64,000 nt of DNA, taken from NCBI GenBank assembly GCA_965178125.1, contig OZ237740.1, forward strand, positions 868,001-932,000. Direction: 5' to 3'. This DNA is from Bilabrum cf. latius (lineage: Eukaryota). The notes beneath the pieces are model-generated. The model searched no databases and was not told the DNA's origin. It saw only the letters and a program-made list of their open reading frames with translations. The position numbers were made by a program, and so were the translations under genes. Below are positions 1 through 11,292 of the stretch, piece after piece. Numbering within the stretch: the first letter of the stretch is position 1; every line of letters starts with the position of its first letter.

Positions 1-327
1 AGGTGGGAGCAAGGGTAGTAGGCGCGGCGGCGGGCGGGGTCGTGGCAGGGGAGCGGGTCGGGGTCGGGGAGGGGGAGGGGGCGGGCGTGGGAGGTCGGGC
101 GGGAGAGGGCGCGGTGGAGGTGGAGGCCGGGGCAATGCGCGCGGTGGGCGGCGCCAGTGACGAAAGTAATACTCGCCAACGAAGTTAGCGCGAGCAAAAG
201 GGGCTGCTGAGACCCCGTCCGTCCAAGCCATGATGGGTAGAAATGTTGATCCGGATGAAGCCCAAAAGATAGACATTGCAGGACACCTACAGTGGTGAAC
301 GGAAATTCATTAGTGCTTGCAGATCAC

Positions 328-2059
328 TCACATGCCAGCGCCAGAGGCCGCGCCTCCGCCCGCCTTGCTAGTAAGAGGTCGCACTTCGACCGTCTTACCG
401 CTCGTGATCTTGCCCCAGCCGATGAGCCTCCAATGCTTGTCAACTTGCCTGCTCAGGGCGATCTTGTCCCCGGGCTCTGCGCACACTGGCAGCGTTAATG
501 TCAGGGTGGCGATGTCACCCCTGACCTTGCCAACCCTGCCCGTGGTGCTCTTGGACCCGACATTGACCATGAGGCTCTCCTTCCTCTCCAGCTTGCGGAT
601 CTTCTGGTCCGTGCCCTCACCGGCGCGCACTCCCAGCAATCGTCGCAGCAGGTGGTACTGCACCTGAATTTCCTCGTAAACCATGGGCAGGTTGCCCCTG
701 TGCCCCAGGACGTGGCCCACAAGCCTATCTGCCCGGGTGAGGGTGGGGTCAATGCTGGTTCCCACTCCGATGAGGCCGCCCGGCACGGCGTACTGCAGCT
801 TGTTGGTCTCCGCCTTGAGATCCGTGACGGTGCTAAAAATCGGGGAGCACACGTTCTGCTTGGTGGCGGGGTCCCTTCGCACCAGCCCGGGGAGGATCTC
901 GATCTCGTCGCCCAGCTTGAGGACCCCCCTGAGGATGGACCCTCCCGCCACGCCTCCCTCCATGTCTTCGATCTTGTGCCCCGGTCTGTTCACGTCGAAG
1001 GATCGAATGACGATCATCCTGGGGCTGTTGGTGAAGTCTCTCACGGGGAGAGGAACCTTCCTCGCGAGGTACTCGCAGACCAGGTCCACGTTGTACCCTA
1101 GCTGGGCCGAGACGGGCAGGATGGGGGCGTTCTCGGCCACACCTCCGTCCAAAAAGGCCTTGATCTGCTGGTACTGCTCCTTGGCCTGGTCTCGGCTGAC
1201 GATATCGACCTTGTTCTGCAGCACGATGATCTTGTCCAGCTGCATGATCTCCACCGCTGCCAGGTGCTCTTGGGTCTGGGGCTATGGGCAAGGCTCGTTG
1301 GCAGCGATGAGCAGGATGGCGGCGTCCATCACGGCTGCTCCGTTCAGCATGGTTGCCATGAGAATGTCGTGGCCCGGGCAATCGACAAAGGAAATGTGCC
1401 GCACCAGCTGCATGGTTCTGCCCGTGCCGTCTTCCATGGGATACTCATCAGGGGAATTACTTCGACCAGAGGCGTAGACGTACGGCGGTGCGCTCGACCT
1501 GTAAATCTTCGCATTAGCGTAGCCAAGCTTGATAGTAATGTTCTGAGCCAACTCATCCTTGAACTTCACGGTCTTCACACCCGACAGAGCCTTCACAGTG
1601 GTGCTCTTGCCGTGCGCTACGTGACCTACGGTTCCGATGTTGATGGTTGCCTATCTCGAGATGATCTCGGGGGTCAGTGGTGTGAGAGATTCGACCTTGA
1701 GCCCCTCCAATGACTGCTCTTTCATGCCCTGCAGGAGATCAAATGGGAGGCAACAAGGGTGCGAGAAACAAGACTTGAACCGGTGCAGTTCTGCCAGAAC
1801 GAGGGACAGGGACAGTACTGGGAGCCTAGGCCAAAGCATAGCAACCCATGCCATTGCTTACCTCTCCAGTAGGCATCGGGGGCCCCTTTGCAGACCAAGG
1901 GTGAAGTTTCTCCGCGTCAAAGTCGGGTGCACGAACACCTCCTGCCCCACTGGCGGCCCCACTGCCCATCGACGACTTCAAAACGCTCTTTGGGGACTCA
2001 GAGCCTCCAACAGGACTAGATACACCACCTGCTGAGGCAGAGGTTGCAGGGTCAGACAT
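328..2059 (-). CDS. EIF2S3: Eukaryotic translation initiation factor 2 gamma subunit; exons 2059-1862 and 1728-328; two in-frame TAG (1651-1653, 1282-1284) read as Gln
   Basis: Motifs [60 protein letters not shown] and KHWRLIGWG. Phase-0 GT-AG intron at 1861-1729. Ends TGA. Confidence 0.96.
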
Positions 2060-2177
2060 GATTACCAGGAAAAGTACGAAATATGGTTTGGGGTTCCCTT
2101 CTCGCAATCTGATTTGAATTTATTTGTACCGAGCACTTTCGCAGGCAAGACTCCGCGTTCTCGTCGCATGCATTTGG

Positions 2178-3581
2178 TCATCGCAGCGCGCTGACAGCCG
2201 CGATTTCTTGCCTTCGTGCCACCAGTTCTCTCTAAAACCGCATCTGGGCGGCGCGGGCGAGCAGACTCTTCGGTCTGCTGCTCGGTCTCGGCCCTACCTT
2301 TCTCCGAATCTCGCGATCCAGCCGAATCATCGCCTTCTCCGGGTCAGACACTGCTGGCGCGATTCTCGCAGGGCCGCCATCGTCCCCGATCACTCGATTG
2401 GGGGCTTTCTGACCCCTTGGCAACCTGGACGCCTGGAACCTCGCTTCCATTGTGCGAGCGAACGGGTCGGTGGAGGGGTCGCCCGACAGCAGGCTGGAGC
2501 CGGCGCCATGCGCGGCGCCTCCGGCTGCGGAACCTGATCCCGCGCGCGTCTTCCTGGACCCAGCCGTTGACGGCCCCACCTAGGTGCTCGCCAGCGCCAG
2601 CTGCTCTGCCGCTTTGCGAACGTCAGCAGCGCCTGCACCCCCCGGCGAGGGCGGGCGCTGCTTTGGGTCGTACAGAGAGTGGGCAAAGTTGTCAGCCACG
2701 CCGTACGACGGCATGTCTCCGCGACCCAGTCCCAATACCCCCGACTTGCGCGGAGCGTTTGGCAGCCCGTCCATGGCAAGCAGGCGAGCACGAGCAACTG
2801 CTCGGTCCGATCCGGGACTTGGCTTGCTCGCAGCAGCAGCACCGAAATCCTCGGCCAGCGCTGTGGTTTTCAGCTTCACGGAGCTGTCATCTCGAGCTGG
2901 ACCCAGAGAACAGCGCGCTTTTCCGTCGATGGACCGGAAGAAACGCAGTGCGGTGTCTCGCATGGCCCGATCGCCCTCCTTTAGCAGGCTCCGGCTGGCG
3001 CCGTGGTCGATGAATCGTCGGCGGCGCTTGGCTTCTGCGTGCTTGCAGGCATCATACGCACCAGTAACAACATTAAATCCGTTCCTCTGCGACGTAAGTG
3101 ATATCGAATCAATCTGAATGGGGTCGGTATGGTTTCAAATGGTCGGCGGCAGGTGAGCAGTACAGCGCTGCTCGCATAGGGGCACTCGTGCTACGTTCCA
3201 AGTACTCACATTCTCTTGCCGGAGCATGTGCTTTCTACGTCGTTCATCGTGCTATTGGCGACGCGAATAACGCTCTGTTTCCTACAAGCGCCGCGCTGCG
3301 ATCAGGTCTTTGCCCTTGCCTTGACCTCTCGTAAACCCTGGACCAAACTTCACATTAGAGCCATCTCCAGCCTTGTCCAAACTCCATTGCGTTTCCGTAC
3401 GCTGTGACCTTAGAAAGTCTACTTGTTTATGCATGTCAGGGGCTGGAATGCGCCGTTTCCCAAACTTGTACTCGGAGCCCATCTTGTTGTGCTCGACAGC
3501 AGGCCCAAGGTCACCCCCAGGAAGGACTTCAGCGCCCGGTTGCAGCCTTGTTGCACCATCTAGCTACACTTTGGACTCCAT
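2178..3581 (-). CDS. Hypothetical protein, two exons (intron 3209-3114), several in-frame TAG
   Basis: ORF pieces 3282-3482, 2580-2963 and 2232-2579 join through TAG codons and one GTGAGT..CAG intron. Ends TGA at 2178-2180. No family recognised. Confidence 0.6.
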
Positions 3582-3710
3582 ACAGAGATGTTTGGTTGCT
3601 ATATCGATGTCTTGCCTGTAGTAATTTCTATCCGTTCCAATGCGATGTATGACGAGTGCAATCATTCGGAGTCGCAATTCTTTGCGAAACACTGTTGCAT
3701 TCTTGGCAAA

Positions 3711-4748
3711 ATGGACCCCCCGGCAAGCTCAGCAGAAAACAATGATACATCCGTAGGATAGGAAACCGATTCACCTTGGAGCTGCTGCATTTGCCTAGAG
3801 GAGGCAGTGGATCCAGTGGTAACAAAATGTGGCCACTTGTACTGGTGAGAGACGTGCCCATCAGCAACAAGCGCTCAGTATAAGGACAACAGATGCTCAC
3901 TGCCGCACATCATAACCATTTTAGATTGCAGTTGGCCTTGTCTCTACCGGTGGCTGGAACGTGGGCACGAGAGTTGTCCTGTGTGCCGAGCCCACGTGTC
4001 GAGGCAGAACGTCGTTCCAATTAGTGGTCGAGGACGTCTTGACCGGCAGCAGCCAGGGAGCGGTGCCAATTAGAATAAACCTGCTAACGATGCAGCCCCA
4101 ACAGCGGCGCCCCAGCCAGCCGGCCCTGGAGGAGCCCAGGCAAGCAGCGGTCCGTCCACGCAGCAGGCCTGTGGCCGACCAGGATCTCCAACCGCAGCGC
4201 CGGAGGGCGCTTCAGGAGCGGGCTCCAGCCCCTCAATGTCAAGCACTTAGGCCAGTTCCGGGGATCCCCGGCCGCCGGGACGCCAGGACTAGTAGGACTA
4301 GGACCAGGGCTAGTAGTAGGTCCCGCCTCGCCCTCGGGGGAGCTACGAGCCCGCGCCCCCTCCTCGTCCTGGGGGGGGTGGCCCCGCGGGATTTGGGAGC
4401 GGGCCGTTCGGTCTCGGTGGCGGGTTTGGGCCCTTTGGAGGCATGGGCGTGGGAAGGGGCGGGCATGGGGGCGGCTGGCAGTTTGGGGGTGGGTTTGGGT
4501 TATTTCCGAGCTTGTTCGGGATGCAGTTCTAGTTCGGGGGCGGGCCAGGTGGTGGGGTGGGTGGATTCCCCGGGCAATAGCCAGGGTAGGGGCAGGGACA
4601 AGGGCAGGGGCCGGGACAGGGCACCGCGGGCATGGGCATGGGAATGGAGGATGCAAGGGGTGGTGCTGCCCGGCAGCAGCAGCTCTTCCTGTCTAGAGTC
4701 GTCCTCACTCTCGGGCTGCTGCTGCTGCTCTACCTGTTGTATATTTGA
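3711..4748 (+). CDS. RNF5/RNF185/RMA1-like C3HC4 RING E3 ubiquitin ligase with C-terminal membrane anchor (intron 3845-3931)
   Basis: CCICLEEAVDPVVTKCGHLYC|WPCLYRWL..CPVCR..NVVPI, then VPPRPRG, GFGLFPSLFG and C-terminal FLSRVVLTLGLLLLLYLLYI-TGA. The frame is absent from the ORF track because of many in-frame TAG. Confidence 0.88.
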
Positions 4749-5199
4749 TTAAGTGAGCAGCTATGAATGATTCTTTGCAACTGATTCGGTGACGAGAGAA
4801 AAGCATGATGGATCCACCACCCATGTTCGGGCTAGCTGTTGTGTTTGCATCGTGCATGGATCGAGTTGCTGTAGCTACTGATTCCGGTGTTTAGCACATG
4901 AATGTTACTGATAAAATATGAAAGTATGTACGGCGAACAAGCACGCAAGACGCACGGACCTCGCCGGAACAGCCCCAATATCTGGGCAAGCCATTTCAAG
5001 GCGAGGTCTCTGCCACTGGCAGCGGCGACAAGAGCGTCAGGGAGCAAGTCCTCACGAGCCACCGCCCCCAGTAGCGCTTGAACTTGATGTAGAGGTCTGC
5101 CATAGAAAAAGATAGGAAGACTACAGTGACCTGAGATGGGAAGAAAGAGACTCTGTGTTACTCTGCAGGCGCGCCAGCTATAAGAGGTTGGCTGTCGGC

Positions 5200-5778
5200 T
5201 CGGCTACATTGGTGTGTTGCGTTCATCGGCACCTTGCGGTACACTCGCACTCGAAAGATGGTGATTGACAGTTTTCTTCATCGCCGACAGTTGCTCTGTT
5301 GCTGAGCAGAAAACGGTAGTAAAGTTCGCTCACCATGGCTTCAGCAGCTTGCATTGAAGTGTCTGCAGCAACTTTCCCGCAGGCCTACGCCACCCTCGCC
5401 TAAGCAAGTGTTTTCTGCAGCCACATGTCCGGATTGCTCTGGCCAGGCGTCTCGACGGCCTTCATGGCAGCAAGCGGAATCTGGAGGGAGCTGGCAGCCG
5501 CAGACTGCTTCAGAGCGCGCAAGTGGCCAGGCATTTCAGTCCTGCGGAGCACAGGCACGATGCAGGGATTTAAAACTATATATTTCCAACGAATAGCCAA
5601 GCTAGTCTTAGTTTTACACATAGAGAAGCACTTACAGTGACTTCGAAACCACACTCTGGGCGGCAGCTGTTCCTCCAGCCTCTTCCGGGAATGAAAGCGC
5701 AACTTCCATTCTTGCAAGGTCATCATGCAGCAGCTTTAGTCGCGAAGCTACCTATTCCTCTGGAGTTGCGGCGCTCAT
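5200..5778 (-). CDS. Small intron-containing gene, possibly Mediator subunit MED10-like; 3' end unresolved and the lower coordinate is approximate
   Basis: ATG at 5778, a GTAAGT intron, then an exon encoding LQIPLAAMKAVETPGQSNPDMWLQKTLA*ARVA*ACGK, which loosely resembles the MED10 IP..(G)xNP motif. Recognition is weak. Confidence 0.3.
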
Positions 5779-5914
5779 TTTGTCATTTGGGTGTGCTAGT
5801 TGTGCCCGACCCCGCTGGTGGTTTGAAGTCCAAACCACTCGTAACATTTGATCAATACCAGACTTGCTCCGAGCAACACCAGTAGGTTCTCATCAAGAAA
5901 TTTGTGGCTGAATC

Positions 5915-6782
5915 ATGGCCGCTGCTGGCACTGAGGCGCCCGAGATCAAGCTCTTTGGAAAGTGGTAAGTATAAAATCTAGTGCTTCTCTAGGATTTGCC
6001 TTATGTCGCCATCACCGGCCAGTACAGGAGGGTATGCTGTCCCGTGCAACTGTCTTCTTGCCATTGAATAGCATCTGCTGTTGATCCGAACGTTCAATTC
6101 CTCCTGAGTGCAGGTCTTATGAGGAAGTAAAGGTTAGCGATTCCTCCATCCGCGATTGGGTGGCAGCATCCACCAAGGATGCCAAGTACTTGCCCCACAC
6201 TGCCGGCCGGTACCAGGTCAAGCGCTTTCACAAGGCTCAGGTGAGTTTGCTCGGAACCGATCTTGCCACCGCATTGTTTTGTCCACACATGTTTTTGGGG
6301 CTGGTGCTGCCGCGACCTGCACTCGGATGATTGTCGATGCATGTCTCTGCACTGCAACGCAGGCTCCCATCGTGGAGCGCCTCGTGGCATGCCTGATGTT
6401 CCACGGCAGGAACACCGGAAAGAAGCTTATGGCTGTGCGCATCGTGCAGCACGCCTTCGAGATCATCCACCTGCTGACCGACGAGAACCCCATCCAGGTG
6501 CTGGTGAGCGCCGTGGAGAAGTCGGGCCCCCGTGAGGACTCCACTCGCGTGGGTAAGGGCGGTGCCGTGCGTCGCCAGGCCGTGGACGTGTCTCCTTTCC
6601 GCAGGGTGAACCAGGCCCTGTATTTGATTGCCAACGGTGCCCGGGAGGCGTCGTTCAGGACCATCAAGACCATCGCCGAGTGCCTGGCCGACGAGGTGAT
6701 CAACGCCTCCAAGGGCTCGTCGAACTCGTACGCCATCAAGAAGAAGGATGAGGTCGAGCGCGTGGCCAAGGTGAACCGCTGA
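5915..6782 (+). CDS. RPS5: 40S ribosomal protein S5 (uS7); exons 5915-5964, 6114-6240, 6363-6782
   Basis: [80 protein letters not shown]. Two canonical GT-AG introns. Confidence 0.97.
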
Positions 6783-7025
6783 ATTGGCACATGGGGGAGA
6801 CTGTGGCCAGTGCTGCAGGTACTGGCGACTGGGATAGGACTGGTGTGGTGCTGTCGCGGAGCACTCGCAGATTTGAGGTCGCAGCGACCCTTGTCGTGGG
6901 TGTGAAAGGCAGAGAGAATATGCACATCATCCAGCTAAAGTCTTTGTTTCTCCATTGCACTGCGTTTCGCTCCGAGTCTACGCCTCCGCCGCCTGATCCA
7001 CACCAAATAGCCATCACTCCTCGCC

Positions 7026-8795
7026 ATGAGCGTCGACACGAAAGCTGCCGAGGATGCCTTCTTGATGACAGTAACAAAGATTCTGTTTTCGTACAGTAAG
7101 GCATGCTATTCACTACAGCCGCTCCTGTACGCGGGATGCCGCAGTGTGAAACCGCTAGCTGTTCGTCCGCTCTTTTCGCAGTCGAGCCGAATCAGTTGCG
7201 TATCCACAAGCCAACCCTGTTAGCTGCAGCCAAACTTGTTCGATGCTTTCTAGGTGAGGTGGATGTGCGTCTTGGCGTCACCTTGCGGCACCTCGATCGA
7301 TTCGTAGTTTTGAACAGTTGCTTCACTCCATTCTCCGGGCAATGTCCTCGGCGCAGACGCGGCAGTTGATGAGGCTGTAGACTTTTCACGGCACGCAAGG
7401 CGCAAAAACATCGCGTTGGACGATATACTGTTGCTAGCAAGGCGAAAACCGGAGCTTCTTCCTCTGCTACGAGCTGCACATGCCGGGAAGGCGGCGGAGA
7501 GACTATCGTAGAAAGCAGAACGCAGCGAGTCAAGGCATCAGGAAGAAGGTGCAGTAAGACATCCTGGTGCGGCTACCGCAGGCGCTGGAAGCGCTGGAAA
7601 GGGTCTGTAGGCGCTGAATAGCGGGGTCGCCAGCCGAACGAGCCAGCCACGTGAGCAGCAGGGCACGGCCATTGACATATCAAGCGGTTCAGAGTCCGAC
7701 GAAAGCAATGTAAATGAATCGCCGCACGCTGCATCCAGCGTGAACCGTCGGGGTTTGCCTCGGGCTCCATCGAGCGGAGCCAGTGCTGCTCTGCGAGCAC
7801 CTGTCCAAGCCGCCAAGGGAAGCCAAATCCACCAAGTAGGCGAGTCTCGCGCGGCAGGACGGGCCATGCAGATTCCCATTTCTAGCAGTAGCATCAGCCC
7901 CGTGCGTCAGGTCCACGGGGATGCGAGCGCTTCTGCCCGGCCCCGCCACGAAGCGCTTGCTCGCCTCGGGGGCGGAGCAGTTGCTCGCGAGGGCTAGGAT
8001 TCTGACATGTCGTGGAGCGGCGGGGATGCTGGAGACCTGGACGTGCTGCTGTCGGAGCCAGTGCCTAGGGGAGACGCCGGAGGATTGGGGGCAGGGGAAC
8101 GGGCGGGGGCTGGCTCGGCACCACTGGTGCCCGGCTCTGCCAGCAGGGGTCGCGTAATGGGTGGCAAAGGGAGGCACAGGCCCCTGGCAAAAGAGGGCAT
8201 TTCAGGCATACTGTCCGATGACTCCGGCTCCGACGGGGATGATGATGAGGATGCGGAGGATGAGGAGGAGGTTGGTGGTGGTGTCAGTGGCAGGGGTAGG
8301 GGTAGGGGCGGTGGAATGCAGAGGGATGGGTGGCAGCAGCAGAAAGGCAGGTCGAGTCTCCATGCTGGACGATCCACGGCAGGGGCAGACGAAGCCGATG
8401 CGGAGGAGGACGAAGACATGCTAGGTCTGTTAGCCATGATGGATGACGATGACGAGGATGCTGAAGGGGTGCAGGAGGGGGTCCTTGGGCGCAGTCTTGA
8501 GGTGCAGGACGAAGGGCAAGTGCCCGCTCGCATGCCGGGTTAGTCCGGACAGGCCCAGGACCCAAGGAATTAGGCTGGTTCCGGTCCAGGAGGGAAACAG
8601 CTGGAATGGGACCAGGAGGGTGACAATGAATTGGACGACATGGAAGCCCTCGCGCAAATGATGCGAGACGACAGCCCTGCGCCTCCCGAGGACAAAATAG
8701 GGCAGCAGCAGCAGCAGCAGCCTGGGGCCGGTGGGGACCCGATTGGGATCGACCTGGAGGCGATAGCGGAGGCGTTTGACAACGACGACTTGTGA
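7026..8795 (+). CDS. CENP-S/MHF1-type histone-fold protein with a long low-complexity acidic C-terminal extension (introns 7096-7181, 7254-7356)
   Basis: DEAVDFSRHARRKNIALDDILLLARRKPEL matches the CENP-S FARHAKR..I..EDV.LLARR motif. The frame continues through several TAG to TGA at 8793-8795. Confidence 0.72.
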
Positions 8796-9049
8796 TCTAC
8801 CAACCAGCAAGAGCTGCGTTTGGGGATTGTGAAGATCGCACACTGGATGCAAGGGCTACGAAGACGTCTGCCAAAGCCCAGAGCCGCGCGAGGTCAAGTC
8901 CATTCCTGTTCCACCTTGACGCACGAGGGCAGGGGCGGGGGCGCGGGGAGGGCAGGCCCTGAGCTTGGGGGATCTGTGAGTGTGGGCTAGTCGGCTTCTG
9001 GGATGTCGGCTGCCATGGAGGAGGGTTGATGTGCTTTTGCATGGATGTG

Positions 9050-9095
9050 GATGCGTGCGCAGCACCCATTATTCGGTTACGCCTAACCAGTGAGT
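9050..9095 (+). mobile_element. Short remnant similar to the 3' UTR of LINE family 2
   Basis: gcagcacccattattcggttacgcctaacc here compared with gcagcacccattgttcggttatgcttgacc on the minus strand at about 49648-49678. Confidence 0.45.
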
Positions 9096-9477
9096 ATGAG
9101 ACACGTGCGGTGACCACTGCTCCGGGAAACCGCGCGTTACTATGTGACCAGAGCAGATGATATTGTCTCGAAGGGATCGAGGAGGGCTGCAGCGAAGGCC
9201 AAACGGGCGCTCGCAAGGGTGGTCCGGGTTGCCAGCCTGGCTGTAGGGGCAGCCGAAAACAACAACCTCGCCGTGGCGATCGCCAACGTCAAGGCAGGGT
9301 TGGCTCAGAACGGGCAGCAGGACGGGGTGCCGGCAGCGGGCGCCGGAGGGAACGTGAATGCTGACGCTCCCCAGGGGGAAATGGGTCCCCAGGGTGGAGC
9401 GGTGGTTTAGGCCATTGCAGCTGAAGCGTGAAGTCTGATGGGTCCAGAATAGAATACCAGAATAATTTGGTCCCGGG

Positions 9478-9565
9478 CCCTCGAAATACAGAAATACATT
9501 GTTGGGTAAAGATTCCGTAAGCACCCAGATGCACCGTCGCCCCCGAGGGGGTTTGGGTCCCTCGA
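9478..9565 (-). mobile_element. 74-bp 5'-truncated LINE family-1 3' end flanked by a 7-bp target-site duplication
   Basis: Insert 9485-9558 matches the 3' tails at 37555-37620 and 50600-50680. CCCTCGA is present at both 9478-9484 and 9559-9565. Confidence 0.8.
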
Positions 9566-11292
9566 TCCGTCGAATGTAACGGAACAATACACAATTTACT
9601 GGTTTTTGCCGGTTCCGGATCAGCAATTTGCGCGGCGCCCAGATAATTCGGAGAAGAAATCATGATGCAATTCGATTCAGCGCGCTCTTGCGAGTCTGCT
9701 GGTGCGCCTTTCAACTCCATACGATGAGATTAAGTCTGTTAACATGCCATTCAAAGAATTGGCCTCTAGCAGGGAGCTGCAGCTTTGCGCGGCGCCAAAA
9801 CTGTGTGATTAGTGTCGCACGACACCCCGACACTGCCCGGATACCCCTTTCTAGTCTACAAAATAGACCTAAAAATATACCTGTATGATAATGATGCTAA
9901 ATTATACGCTGCTGTGCAGACGAATGTCTGAATAAGATTCATTTGGACACGACAGGGTCCACGGTCATCCCTCTGGCAGCCGCAACAAACTTGCTTCGAT
10001 TGGCCCTCTGAGATACTGAATTTGATTACACTCCTCATAATTCTGAGCAAATTGATGACTTTATTCAAATAACGCGCTCATATTCTGCTGTGCGGTTCAT
10101 GAGTAGGGTGTTTCCCGTGAGGATGACTGAACCAGGCCGCAGAGTTAGCTATTGCACATTTACCTCACCAATCTGCAGCTTACCGCGAATTGAGACCAAC
10201 CACTACATTTTTTGTATTGATCGTATTCAGAAAATCGAACAGGAGGCTACTATGGCCATCATTAGGACCCGAGCAGCACCAGCAGCTGTGCGGGTGGCCA
10301 GATCCAGAAGACCTGAAGTACGCCATGCTATTCTACACCATTGGGACTGAAAATCCGTACACTGCCTTTTATTAGGTATATTAATACCGTGATTAGTCTC
10401 AAACTAGTACTGGCCTCATAGATTTGACACAATTGTGTTCTGAATGGTACCAAACCACTGGAAACAGCCACAACTTGCGAAATTGTAGGACCTGTACAAA
10501 TACAGTACCATACAAAAACAAATCGTATGTATAAATAAACTATAAGTGTATCAGGACAGTGGTGAATTGGATTCTGCCCAAAATGAATCGAGATCTGACG
10601 TCAAATGAGACCATCCTCGGTTCTAATGGACTCTCTGTGACATACTGGAGCGGTGATTTGTTTTAAATACCTATTTGATCTGTAATGAAGTCGACCAATA
10701 GCGCATTCTATTCGTCGAAATGATTGCACAATAGGGATGCAGCGTGGACTGTGGTTTCAGTGGCATTTGGATCAGCGTGCTGCTCCTCTCGTTAGCCTTA
10801 CGGTGGTTGTATGGTAATTCACTAATTACACAATGAAAAAACCTCATTACATGGAAGATACGCTATTGATGTCGCGTGATAATCGACGACTTGTATTGTG
10901 TCGGGGATCGTTGCGGTCAAGAATTGGTGTGATGAATGTGTCGGGGTAAGTTACAACCGACGGATGTTTCTTCGTGATAGCGTGCGCTTTTGAGCAGATG
11001 ATATCAGATTCTATTTCCAAGGTGGTATTTTCGCTTTGCTATCGGATCGGGGTGCCTCTGTACGCCTGTATTTATCGCAAGCAGTCTGTGCTAGATCTGT
11101 GGTGACCAGGGTCGATCGGCGCCGAGGACTTGCTGCCAGGGTGGGCTGAACTGCTTGGCGGGAGACCAGGTCGATCCTCCAGCAGCCTGGGGACCCGCGG
11201 TACTTGCATCAAGCAGTTTGACTGAGGTGTAAGCGACATTGGCACAAAGGCGTAGTCTGGTGTTTGAAGCTGAGTGTCTGTGATCGCTGGGA

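Noticed and set aside
1-290. G-rich start as a G-quadruplex or telomeric element, or the 3-188 ORF
   Set aside because: Not a regular repeat. It is more likely the 5' part of a Pro-rich minus-strand gene running off the window, and its frame cannot be determined.
1282-1653. TAG as pyrrolysine, Trp (A-to-I editing), Leu, Glu or Tyr
   Set aside because: Every diagnostic site aligns to Gln, and paralogs have CAG/CAA. U-to-C mRNA editing cannot be excluded from DNA alone, but it is implausible at this density.
3961-4752. 263-aa plus-strand ORF from the track, and the many long antisense ORFs elsewhere
   Set aside because: These are shadow frames of GC-rich genes. The real RNF5-like frame is a different one that contains TAGs.
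9144-9430. Ala/Gly-rich 88-aa ORF between LINE remnants
   Set aside because: No ATG or homology is recognisable. It may be a mobile-element fragment, but that cannot be supported.
9600-11290. Gene or viral insert in the AT-richer stretch
   Set aside because: No convincing long frame even with TAG=Gln, and no recognisable motifs or terminal repeats.
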